A stretch of DNA of 64,000 nucleotides from assembly GCA_963712115.1 (NCBI GenBank), contig CAVQGX010000009.1:1-64000 (forward strand), read 5' to 3'. The position numbers and the translations under genes were made by a program. Source of the DNA: an uncultured delta proteobacterium. GTDB taxonomy: Bacteria; Desulfobacterota; Syntrophobacteria; BM002. The notes below the pieces were generated by a model. It was given only the letters and a program-made list of their open reading frames with translations, did not search any database and was not told where the DNA came from. How positions within the stretch are numbered: position 1 is the first letter of the stretch; each line of letters opens with the position of its first letter. Positions 49,141-58,119 of the stretch are shown here, one piece after another.

Positions 49141-50084
49141 TGAATTCTCTTCTTGGTGGCATATTTCTGGGCTGGTCTTTAGGTGCCAATGATGCAGCCA
49201 ATATTTTTGGCTCAGCTGTTTCATCCAGAATGCTTAAATTTTGGACGGCTGCAATTCTAGCCGCTGCCTTCGTCCTAGTCGGTGCTCTGGTTGAGGGCCA
49301 ATCTGGTATAGAAACACTTCAGAACCTTACAGTTTTCACCTCGAATCAAGCCATTGTAGCATCTGTTGCTGCTGCAATTACCGTAACCCTCATGACGCTC
49401 CTAGGTCTGCCAGTTTCCACATCTCAAGCGGTGGTCGGGGCAATTTTGGGTGTTGGGCTGTTGAATCGCCAGCTCGATTTCGCGGGGCTGGGAAAGGTAG
49501 TGGTTTGTTGGGTTGGAACCCCTGTTGGAGGCATAGTTCTGGGCATATTGGTCTACAAATTGTTGGCTGCAATAGCCAACAGCATGAATCTAAACATCTT
49601 TCAGTCCGACATACTGCTGAGGCTATGCTTAATTTTTGCTGGGTCCTATGGTGCCTACGCTCTCGGGGCCAACAATGTGGCGAACGTAACTGCAGTTTTT
49701 GTAGGTGCTGGAATGTTGAACGTTCCATCCGCTACTCTTATTGGGGGATTGAGTATCGGATTAGGTATTCTCACCTTCAGCAGGGGGGTAATGGAGACCG
49801 TAGGGAAAAAGCTGGTGAGACTTGATCCTTTTTCTGCCCTGGTCGTAGTGCTGGCCCACGCAATAACCGTCCATATCTATGCTTTGATTGGGGTTCCGGT
49901 TTCTACATCTCAAGCAGTAATCGGAGCGGTACTAGGGGTGGGAATCATTAAAGGTGTCAATACCATACAGCGGCGGACTCTGGTGCATATTTTCCTAGCC
50001 TGGTTTATCACTCCTTTCGTAGCCTCCTTTTTCGCACTCTTCCTCGACTTTGTCACTCATTTGCGCTACATTCCCGGCCACTAG
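49137..50084 (+). CDS. Inorganic phosphate transporter (PiT family)
   Basis: GANDAAN, PVSTSQA twice, GANNVAN. Confidence 0.93.
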   Translation: MMNSLLGGIFLGWSLGANDAANIFGSAVSSRMLKFWTAAILAAAFVLVGALVEGQSGIETLQNLTVFTSNQAIVASVAAAITVTLMTLLGLPVSTSQAVVGAILGVGLLNRQLDFAGLGKVVVCWVGTPVGGIVLGILVYKLLAAIANSMNLNIFQSDILLRLCLIFAGSYGAYALGANNVANVTAVFVGAGMLNVPSATLIGGLSIGLGILTFSRGVMETVGKKLVRLDPFSALVVVLAHAITVHIYALIGVPVSTSQAVIGAVLGVGIIKGVNTIQRRTLVHIFLAWFITPFVASFFALFLDFVTHLRYIPGH

Positions 50085-50247
50085 GTGGTGTTCACCCTGT
50101 AGTGAGGCGGTCTGAAGCGATAGGTGAGGATCACCCTAACCAAACTAGGCACTGAGCACTGCTTAGACGAGCTCAGGACAAGTAAGCACTGGGCACCGCG
50201 GGACTATACGGAGATGGGGTGAAACGGGGATACGGCGAAAGGGAGTA

Positions 50248-50323
50248 AGAGGTCGGAGGTCGGAAGTCAGAGGTCAGTGGACAGGATTAAAGCTGATCTC
50301 TGACATCCGACTTCTGACTTCTG
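50248..50323. repeat. Heptamer foldback element (GAGGTCG/TCTGACT type)
   Basis: AGAGGTCGGAGGTCGGAAGTCAGAGGTCAG ... TCTGACATCCGACTTCTGACTTCTG. Confidence 0.7.
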
Positions 50324-50372
50324 AGATAGACGACTCCAACGATTTGACCATTTGACGAATCGACAAATTGAC

Positions 50373-51170
50373 ATGCAAGGACTCATAGAATCTCCGCCGG
50401 CGGGTAAACCGGGGGAAAGACTAATTACCCTGGGGGTGCTTGGCTCTTTTGCAATCTATTTGTCCATTCACAGAGCCACCCCCGGCTGGCTGCTAGCGAC
50501 ATTTTTGTTGCTAACTTTTACAGCCCTTTTTGCCAGGGCGGTTCAGTCCTTTCACCTTTCTCTTTTCTGCACTCTATGGCTGCTTATCCCCCTTATCACA
50601 CCTGCCCTCAGCAAATGGCCTCTTTACAAAGTCGCGCCTCTAGTAGTTTACGGGGGTGTCGTTGGGGTGATTCAGCATCTTCGTAAATCAGTCCTCTGGA
50701 TACGTCCAGGTCGATTGGGGGTTGACATTTGGTTGTTAGTTTCACTTGTTGTGGTAGTTTCAAGTGCAGCCCTAATGGTGTGGAACTTAATATGCAGGCC
50801 GGATCTTGGTCCCAGTCGGGCTAATATACCATCCATGCCTCTATGGTTCCTGCCCCTGGCTGGTGTGGCTTTTGCCCTGCTTAATTCGGCAGTTGAGGAG
50901 GCCATCTTTAGGGGTATTTTCTTGCAGGCTTTGGATAGTGCTGTTGGCGCTGGGACGAGCTCCTTGGTGATTCAGGCAGTGTTTTTTGGCTGGCTGCATT
51001 ACTCAGAGATCGGTTTCCCCAAGGGTTTGGCAGGGGTGGCAATGGCTTCTGTTTATGGTTTGTTACTTGGCTACCTGCGCTATCGATCTCAAGGCATGTT
51101 GGCCCCCTGGCTAGCTCATGCGGGGACAGACCTTGCCGTCTTTACCATCGTGGCAACCTCAGTCAGCTAA
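50373..51170 (+). CDS. CPBP/CAAX intramembrane metalloprotease
   Basis: EEAIFRG, FGWLH, AHAGTD motifs; multi-TM; start uncertain. Confidence 0.88.
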   Translation: MQGLIESPPAGKPGERLITLGVLGSFAIYLSIHRATPGWLLATFLLLTFTALFARAVQSFHLSLFCTLWLLIPLITPALSKWPLYKVAPLVVYGGVVGVIQHLRKSVLWIRPGRLGVDIWLLVSLVVVVSSAALMVWNLICRPDLGPSRANIPSMPLWFLPLAGVAFALLNSAVEEAIFRGIFLQALDSAVGAGTSSLVIQAVFFGWLHYSEIGFPKGLAGVAMASVYGLLLGYLRYRSQGMLAPWLAHAGTDLAVFTIVATSVS

Positions 51171-51245
51171 TAAGAGTAGAATTCCAGTTTTTGTCGATGA
51201 CAGAACTATGCTACCATTGGCCTTTCCTTCTATACCGTGTTGGTT

Positions 51246-51402
51246 AAATTCGAAATCCTAAGCACGAAGCTCGAAACAAATCCAAAATCCGAATTCTCCA
51301 ATGTTCAAAACAAATCTCACTGAAATAGATGAGCTAGTTTTAAACATTTGGATTTGGAAAATTTGAATTTGTTTAGGATTTAGATATTCGGATTTCGAAT
51401 TT
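51246..51402. repeat. Long foldback element with degenerate 7-nt period
   Basis: AAATTCGAAATCC...ATGTTCAAAAC pairs with GTTTTAAACAT...GGATTTCGAATTT. Confidence 0.75.
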
Positions 51403-51450
51403 CAGTAAGCTTGTGGCGGGCAGGACCGATACAATTTTCTGCTAGGACAG

Positions 51451-52344
51451 GTGATTGTGAACGAGAAAGAAAGACCCCTATTTAATCCCTCTTTGGCCCT
51501 CATTAGTGGCGTTCTAGCGGTTTCCACAGGCGCTATATTTGCAAAACTAGCTGAAGCTCCAGCCTTGGTGATTGCAGCATATAGAGTTGGTCTGGCTTCA
51601 TTGATACTAGCCCCCATAGCCTGGTGGCAGGCTCGTGATGAGCTTCTCGGTCTTGAGAAAAAGGATTACATGCTAGCCTTGTTGTCCGGCTTTTTTCTCG
51701 CCTTGCACTTCTCCACCTGGATTTCATCTCTGAGTTATACCTCTGTGGCCAACAGTGTGGTGTTGGTGAACACAAATCCTCTCTGGGTAGGGATATTGAC
51801 ACCTGTAATCAGCAAGGACCGACTTACCCTTATGACTAAAATTGGCATAGTGATCAGTGTAATTGGCGGTGCCATCATCGGTGCCGGGGATTTTGCCACG
51901 GGGGGTCAAGCACTGTGGGGTGATTTCTTGGCTTTGCTGGGCAGCATTTGCGCTGCTGTATATCTATTGCTGGGTCGTAATTTGAGGCGCAAACTTTCCT
52001 TGCTCGCCTACGTAATTATTTGCTACGGTAGTGCTGCAATCATTTTGTGGGTTCTAGTTATTGCGCTGGGACTTCAGGTTGTTGGTTTCAGCTCGGGTAC
52101 CTATGCGGCTTTTGCCGGGATGGCCCTTATATCGCAGATCATTGGCCATACCAGTTACAACTGGGCGCTCAAGTGGTTTAGCGCCAGTTTAATTGCCGTG
52201 AGTCTGCTTGGAGAGCCCATTGGCGCCACTATTCTAGCCTACATAATTTTTGATGAGACTTTGACCTGGACAAAGCTTGTCGGAGGTAGTCTAATCCTGG
52301 CGGCTATCTACCTCGCCGCCCGAGGCGAGAAGACGTCGATTTAA
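51451..52344 (+). CDS. DMT/EamA-family transporter
   Basis: ~10 TMs, HFSTWISSL.YTSVANS, GHTSYNWAL, LGEPIGA. Confidence 0.92.
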   Translation: MIVNEKERPLFNPSLALISGVLAVSTGAIFAKLAEAPALVIAAYRVGLASLILAPIAWWQARDELLGLEKKDYMLALLSGFFLALHFSTWISSLSYTSVANSVVLVNTNPLWVGILTPVISKDRLTLMTKIGIVISVIGGAIIGAGDFATGGQALWGDFLALLGSICAAVYLLLGRNLRRKLSLLAYVIICYGSAAIILWVLVIALGLQVVGFSSGTYAAFAGMALISQIIGHTSYNWALKWFSASLIAVSLLGEPIGATILAYIIFDETLTWTKLVGGSLILAAIYLAARGEKTSI

Positions 52345-52954
52345 TCTCGTCTGATGATACAATTAGCTCTCGCCCGCTCCCCCTCGACAAGCTCAGGGTT
52401 CGCTAGGGCACGCAGAGGGCACAGAGAAGATGTTTTATTGATAGTCTGGGATCACCTAGAGGCTCCAGCGATGCTGGACCCCAATAATGTTTATTGGGGT
52501 CAGTGGACAGCCCTTGATAGCTTGGACAAGCAAGCTTATCCCGGCGAATCAAGTGCTGCCCACTTAGCCTCTAGGCCATCTTAACTTAGGGGATCTATCA
52601 TTTTAGATAATCTTGGTATTTTTTGAGCTCTCGGAGTTTCGGTGGGGCCACAAAGGGAAGTAGAGGGGACTCATGACTTTAGGCTTTGTTCCCTGTGGGC
52701 TCTAGCTTCCCCAGGGTGCTCCATCAAAAATAGTATGCGGGGATTGGAACTGCTCAAAAGCTATCGCGTGACGCGGTCCCGATGAGGATCGGGACCGGGG
52801 AGGGCCCCTTGAGGACACGAATGAGCTTGCTTGTTTTGTACTCCAAGGGGTCCTCCCTGAGCTTTTGAGCGATCTCCTTATCCGTGAGCGACTGCATGCT
52901 CCTCTTAATCAGCTTAGGCTCTCTGAGGACTCTGTGAGCTCTGTGAGAGGTAAA

Positions 52955-53941
52955 ATGCCGGTTATATCTCAGTCAAGCTATATTCCTCCCCCTGGTTTTA
53001 GTAACCGCCACATTCAGACATTCTTTCCATACCTTTTCAGAAAAGTGAAGGGGATTAGATATAGAAGGGAGCGAATTTGGACACCGGACGACGATTTTCT
53101 GGATCTTGATTGGTCTTCCATCGGCGCAAGCAAGGTGGCAATTGTTTCCCATGGCTTGGAGGGAAATTCTGAGCGCTGGTATGTTCTGGGGATGGTAAGG
53201 GCACTTAACCGCAGCGGTTGGGACGCACTGGCCTGGAACATGAGAGGATGTAGTGGCGAGCCCAACAAGACACTTCGGTCCTATCACAGCGGGATCACCG
53301 AGGATTTAGCAGCGGTTGTGGAACACGTGATAGATGGGGGAAAATACCATGCCATAGCATTGGTCGGCTTTAGCTTGGGAGGCAATTTGACCTTGAAATA
53401 CTTGGGAGAGCGAGGTCCTGAGATAAATAAAGCCATTACCGGGGCCGTGACCTGCTCAGTTCCTTGCGATCTGTCCTCAGGTGCGGAGGAAATGGCAAAG
53501 CCATCAAATAAAATCTACATGAAACGATTCACTCGGATGCTTCATGAAAAGATAAAAGCAAAAATGAGCATCATGCCGGATAGGATTAGTGATGAGGGCT
53601 ACAATATGATTAAGACATTCAAGGAGTTTGACGACCGCTACACTGCACCGCTTAACGGCTTCAGAGATGCGGAGGACTATTATAATCGAGCCAGCAGCAA
53701 ACAGTTTATCCACAAGATCACCACTCCTACCCTGCTGGTGAATGCCAAGAACGATCCCTTTCTCTCTGAGTCTTGCTATCCCTTACGGGAGGCAGAGGCA
53801 AATCTCAACTTTTTTCTCGAGATGCCGAAATCGGGTGGGCATGTGGGTTTTATTTCCTTCAATAAAAGGAAAGAGTACTGGTTTGAATCGCGAGTGGTGT
53901 CATTCCTAAATAACCTGCAGCTTCCCCAATCTACAATCTGA
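52955..53941 (+). CDS. YheT-like alpha/beta hydrolase
   Basis: HGLEG, RGCSGEPN, GFSLGG nucleophile, DPF, GGHVGF; start ATG 52955. Confidence 0.92.
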   Translation: MPVISQSSYIPPPGFSNRHIQTFFPYLFRKVKGIRYRRERIWTPDDDFLDLDWSSIGASKVAIVSHGLEGNSERWYVLGMVRALNRSGWDALAWNMRGCSGEPNKTLRSYHSGITEDLAAVVEHVIDGGKYHAIALVGFSLGGNLTLKYLGERGPEINKAITGAVTCSVPCDLSSGAEEMAKPSNKIYMKRFTRMLHEKIKAKMSIMPDRISDEGYNMIKTFKEFDDRYTAPLNGFRDAEDYYNRASSKQFIHKITTPTLLVNAKNDPFLSESCYPLREAEANLNFFLEMPKSGGHVGFISFNKRKEYWFESRVVSFLNNLQLPQSTI

Positions 53942-53966
53942 AATCTACAATTTAAAATCTAAATAG

Positions 53967-53983
53967 TTGGCACGATATGTGCT
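53967..53983 (+). promoter_or_regulatory. Sigma54 promoter
   Basis: TTGGCACGATATGTGCT, 40 bp upstream of ATG 54023. Confidence 0.7.
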
Positions 53984-54022
53984 CCCATAAGGAACATCCT
54001 TCCTCAGTAAAAGGAGCAAACA

Positions 54023-54664
54023 ATGACACGTAAACCGCATATGTTGGAACCTTTGATGGCAAGTCTTCTCACTCTCGACTGGGAAATCAGTTCCCAGACT
54101 ATTAGGAAGTTTGAGAAGGAATTAGAGGTGCTGAAAGAGAAAGTAGGTGATGACCCTTACAGCAAGAAGCTAATCGACTTAACCCTGCCGATATGCAACT
54201 ATTTGAGGGTCAGAAAAGGTTCAGCCGCCCCCGCCTCCATGCAGTTCCTCCACCAGGCGACCCGCACCTTGCACAGTCTGGGGCAAAAGCAGAAGCTTGG
54301 AGTTGCAGAGCGCAAGGAGAAAATAAGAAGATTGGTCAATAACTTCAGAGATCTCATGGCTGATGTCCAGAGGGTTAATTCTACATTGGAGCGGGCGACC
54401 ACAGCAAAATCTTTGCCAGCAAGTCCCAAGGTTACTGCCGGGAAAAAGGATCCGACTCGGAAGCCCGCTGTTCGAAAGATAAAGAAAGAATCACCCAAAG
54501 TGGAGGTTTTAAAGACAATAAAGAGTCACAAGAAAGGCATCGATATAGCCACCTTGATAAAGATAACCGGTTTTGCCGACAGTACCGTTAGGAACGTTGT
54601 CTACAGAGCCGCCAAAGAAGGAACAATCAAGCGGGTGCGAAGAGGCGTCTATGTAGTTGCCTAG
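54023..54664 (+). CDS. Basic hypothetical protein with C-terminal winged HTH
   Basis: KKGIDIATLIKITGF...VRNVVYR..KEGTIKRVRRGVY; Lys/Pro/Ala linker. Confidence 0.7.
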   Translation: MTRKPHMLEPLMASLLTLDWEISSQTIRKFEKELEVLKEKVGDDPYSKKLIDLTLPICNYLRVRKGSAAPASMQFLHQATRTLHSLGQKQKLGVAERKEKIRRLVNNFRDLMADVQRVNSTLERATTAKSLPASPKVTAGKKDPTRKPAVRKIKKESPKVEVLKTIKSHKKGIDIATLIKITGFADSTVRNVVYRAAKEGTIKRVRRGVYVVA

Positions 54665-54743
54665 TTCCCCTTTGCCTTGACAGGAACCTTAATCTGATAC
54701 GCTGCTGAAAGATTGCCTAAGCCAACACGGAGATCTGGCCGAC

Positions 54744-55556
54744 GTGATCCAATCATATCTCATTGCCGAGGAAGGGCTTACTAAGGGTATGGTCTTTCCT
54801 CTGGAAAGCCGGTTGACCATTGGACGGGGTGAGGAAAACGACATCCGGCTCACCCATTCGACCGTATCCAGACAACACACCCAGGTATATCTGGAAGATG
54901 GACAACCATATGTCCAAGACATGGAAAGTAGAAATGGCACTTACTTAAACGGTGAGCGGGTTGAGAAGGCCGCCCTGTCCAACGGAGACATTGTCTGGGT
55001 TGGAGATGTGGCCCTGCGGTTTTTGCAGGAGAATGATCGAGATGGAATAGACGTTGGCAGTGAGACTCAAGAACTAACCCACACTGATGTTTCTCGAGGT
55101 CTGGCTGGCGGTGAACTGCCGGCGCGCTTTAAGGAAGCGATTGCCAAAGTTCCCTTTCTGTCCAATTTCCCCGAAGAGGACCTTGCTGAAGTGGGCCAGG
55201 CGGCAAATCTGAGGCTTGTCAAGCAGGGTACAGTTATTGTGCGAGAGGGGGATACGGGCAGGTCAATGTACATCGTACTGGAAGGCAAGGTCGAGGTGCT
55301 GACTCAAGACGACCAGGCTAACGATATTCATGTATCTTACCTGGACGAAAATGAGTTTTTCGGTGAAATCTCCTTTCTCACCGCAGCGCCAAGGTTCGCA
55401 ACTGTACGAGCTGCAGAAGATACACTCCTTTGCGAGCTCAGTTACAGGAGCATGAAAGAGGTTGTCCGACAGTCGCCGGCCGTAAAAGAAATCCTAAATA
55501 AATATTACCGCGAGCGGCTCAGAGAGCTTCAGGCAAAGAAGAGAACCCCAAAATAA
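54744..55556 (+). CDS. FHA + cNMP-binding domain protein
   Basis: TIGR..VSRQH..SRNGTYLNG FHA; FFGEISFL...PRFATV cNMP. Confidence 0.9.
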   Translation: MIQSYLIAEEGLTKGMVFPLESRLTIGRGEENDIRLTHSTVSRQHTQVYLEDGQPYVQDMESRNGTYLNGERVEKAALSNGDIVWVGDVALRFLQENDRDGIDVGSETQELTHTDVSRGLAGGELPARFKEAIAKVPFLSNFPEEDLAEVGQAANLRLVKQGTVIVREGDTGRSMYIVLEGKVEVLTQDDQANDIHVSYLDENEFFGEISFLTAAPRFATVRAAEDTLLCELSYRSMKEVVRQSPAVKEILNKYYRERLRELQAKKRTPK

Positions 55557-55584
55557 ACATAATAAATGTTCTTTTCTATTAATT

Positions 55585-55859
55585 AGTGTCCATCCGAAAA
55601 CAACGCTTTTTGGACTCGTGCCATCAGCGATCAGCCTTCAGCTTTCAGCTAAATATACATGAATCCAATAAATTGAGCTGAATGCTGAGTGCTGAACACC
55701 GACAGCTCCAGCCGGAAACCTCCGTTCCCCTCCCCTGGTGGGAGGGGATAAAGGGGAGGGGGAAACAATATAAGGTCAAAATACTTATCATTTCATCACC
55801 CCCACCTTAATCCTCCCCCGTCAAGGGGGAGGAGATTATTGTGTTTCCGGATGGACACT
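55585..55859. mobile_element. Composite MITE with AGTGTCCATCCG terminal inverted repeats
   Basis: AGTGTCCATCCGAAAACA / TGTTTCCGGATGGACACT (17/18); encloses a heptamer foldback and a REP-like CCCCTCCC..GGGAGGGG multi-hairpin. Confidence 0.7.
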
Positions 55860-55861
55860 GA

Positions 55862-56485
55862 TTAGCCTCTCCTTTCTTCTTCCTTTATTCTGTCCCGAAT
55901 TCGTCCTATCACCTGGGAGGGTGTGTCATTACGGAAAAGAGCCTGAAACTGCGCTCGATAATTTTTCACCCCGCTGATACCCAAAACTATAATGTCATAA
56001 ACCTTCCAAGTGGAATTACGTTTCAGCATCCGCACTTCTACTGGTACTTCCACCCCCTTCCAGAGGACGTTAACCCTGACCAGAGCTATACGGTTGCCTA
56101 CGAGGTGCTGGCTCAGATAGGTGACTTTTTCATCTTTGTATCTCTCCTGCAGCCTGGTGATATAGTACTTGCAGAGGAACTCGGCGAAAACCTCTACGAA
56201 TTCCTTCCTCTGTTCCGGAGTAAAGCTTCGCCATTTGGAAGCCAGAACCCGCCTCGAGAACTCCCTAAAGTCGAACACTTGCCCTGCGGTGTCGCAGAGC
56301 AGTTCTTGTTGTTCCCCCTTTTTGCTTGCCACTTGATAATGGGGATCTTGCAATAGGGCTATACCCAGGTTAACGGTTTTTTCCAACACATCCACTGGCT
56401 CTTCGCAGTAAGCCAAGGAGGGTATGGCATATAGAATAAGGAGGCAAAGGAGAAGACTTTTTTTCATCAAAAGATCCCGCAACAA
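55862..56485 (-). CDS. MlaC/Ttg2D-family periplasmic lipid-binding protein
   Basis: FDFREFSRRVL..W, WKVYDI...GIS.VKNYRAQF. Confidence 0.88.
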   Translation of the reverse strand: MLRDLLMKKSLLLCLLILYAIPSLAYCEEPVDVLEKTVNLGIALLQDPHYQVASKKGEQQELLCDTAGQVFDFREFSRRVLASKWRSFTPEQRKEFVEVFAEFLCKYYITRLQERYKDEKVTYLSQHLVGNRIALVRVNVLWKGVEVPVEVRMLKRNSTWKVYDIIVLGISGVKNYRAQFQALFRNDTPSQVIGRIRDRIKEEERRG

Positions 56486-56663
56486 GGAAAGGGCGAACCA
56501 TTCTTCTAGATGTCCGGCGGTGGCTGGATTGGTATCTCCCAGTAAATTGACCTATTTAACCTCTTTGTGCTAACCTTGGTCCGTGCCAAAATATTTCACC
56601 AATTCGCTCCGAAAGCGGATATGACATTCTTTTAACATATCAGAGAACAGCAGATGATCATAG

Positions 56664-56841
56664 CCCGGACGTTCCATGAATAGCTTACTACGACCACCGA
56701 TATGGCCGTCCTTCCGTGCGTCCTCGGGTATCGGCCCCTGCGACGCACCATTCAGGTGCGCCTCGGGACCAATACCCTGCGATTGCCCGGTGGCACGACC
56801 ATCTTGGAGGTCTCGTGACACCAATTCATGAAACATCCGGG
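56664..56841. mobile_element. 178-bp structured MITE, copy 1
   Basis: TIR CCCGGACGTTCCATGAAT / ATTCATGAAACATCCGGG; colinear with 62965-63142. Confidence 0.85.
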
Positions 56842-57249
56842 CAAGGCAGTGAAACGAGGAGGCATAAGTTTAAGCGATTTTATTCGCATACATTCTCCCT
56901 GTTAATTTTGGCTGGATTGTTTTACTTCTTTTTTGGTTGCACAATGGCTCCCATCAGGGGGACAGAAATTGAACAGAAAAGATTGTTGGATGGAGTGTAT
57001 GACGGCAGTTACAGACATGGGCCCAATAGCGCCACGGTGAGGGTGACAATCTCAGCAGGAAAAGTTGTGGATATAGAATTGATCAAACATTTTGCCTCTT
57101 GGAAGGGCGATAAGGCCAATGACATAATTCCGCAGAGGATAGTAGCTGAACAGTCAACCGATGTTGACGCAGTGTCGGGGGCGACAAACAGCAGCCGGGT
57201 AATTATGAATGCGGTGCAAGAGGCTCTGGAAAAGGCTTATAGAGAGTAG
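56815..57249 (+). CDS. FMN-binding domain lipoprotein
   Basis: FFGC lipobox, DGVYDG, VDAVSGATNSS flavinylation motif; start uncertain (GTG 56815 inside the MITE). Confidence 0.82.
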   Translation: MTPIHETSGQGSETRRHKFKRFYSHTFSLLILAGLFYFFFGCTMAPIRGTEIEQKRLLDGVYDGSYRHGPNSATVRVTISAGKVVDIELIKHFASWKGDKANDIIPQRIVAEQSTDVDAVSGATNSSRVIMNAVQEALEKAYRE

Positions 57250-57251
57250 GT

Positions 57252-58118
57252 ATGGGGAAAGCTAGGTTATATCTCCTATTAACAACACTGGCCTTGGTGT
57301 TTTTTGGGGGCTGCAAAGTCTCCTTTTTTGTCGCCTTCAATGGAGAATCCAGCACCTTATTTGTGCGGGTAACAGATGCCAGACCTGCTCTACCTTCTGG
57401 TACTGAGGCGGTTTTTATCACATTCGAGGAATTCTTTGTCCACAGAGAGGGTGGAGGTTGGATATCTTTGCCCTTGGTAAATTCGCCCTATGCTATAGAT
57501 CTGCTCGAGTTACATTCAGGCAAAACCTCACAACTGGTGAAGACGGCGAAACTCGAGGTCGGTAAATATGACAGAATTAGAGCCTTAGTGAGTAGCGCAG
57601 CTGTGCTAAGTGGAGGAGTTTTCTACTCTGTTGATTTACCACCGGGGACCTTGAGCATCGAAAGGGAATTTCTCTTCGAGCTGGAAGGGGGGCAAACGCT
57701 GGATCTCACCATCGATTTCGATTTAAGCCAGTCCCTCGCAGTATCTGGATCACAACTGGCACCCTCTTACCAACTGAAACCTGTACTGCATATCAACCCC
57801 ACAAAAGAGGCCGCGGCGATTCAAGGAGAAATTGCTGCTGAAACCTTTGAAGAACACCAGTCAGTAGAAGCGACTGTTACAGTATTTTTAGACAAGGATC
57901 AGAGTGGTGGCCTGAACGGGGCTGACGAAGAGTACACGAGGGTTTTGGTGGATAAGGACAATCGGCTGTTTACCATTTTTTGGCTGGTTCCGGAGCAAGG
58001 CTATATAGTTCAAATAGAATTGAACGGGTTAGGACCCTCTGAGTTCGAACATTTTGTCTTTCCCGCTGATTTACAAAAGGGGGATACCTTCCAACTCAAC
58101 CACAGCAATCCCATTTAG
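57252..58118 (+). CDS. DUF4382-like lipoprotein
   Basis: FGGC lipobox, VRVTDA, IDLLEL, GKYDRIR, IDFDLSQS, LKPVL. Confidence 0.8.
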   Translation: MGKARLYLLLTTLALVFFGGCKVSFFVAFNGESSTLFVRVTDARPALPSGTEAVFITFEEFFVHREGGGWISLPLVNSPYAIDLLELHSGKTSQLVKTAKLEVGKYDRIRALVSSAAVLSGGVFYSVDLPPGTLSIEREFLFELEGGQTLDLTIDFDLSQSLAVSGSQLAPSYQLKPVLHINPTKEAAAIQGEIAAETFEEHQSVEATVTVFLDKDQSGGLNGADEEYTRVLVDKDNRLFTIFWLVPEQGYIVQIELNGLGPSEFEHFVFPADLQKGDTFQLNHSNPI

Positions 58119-58119
58119 A

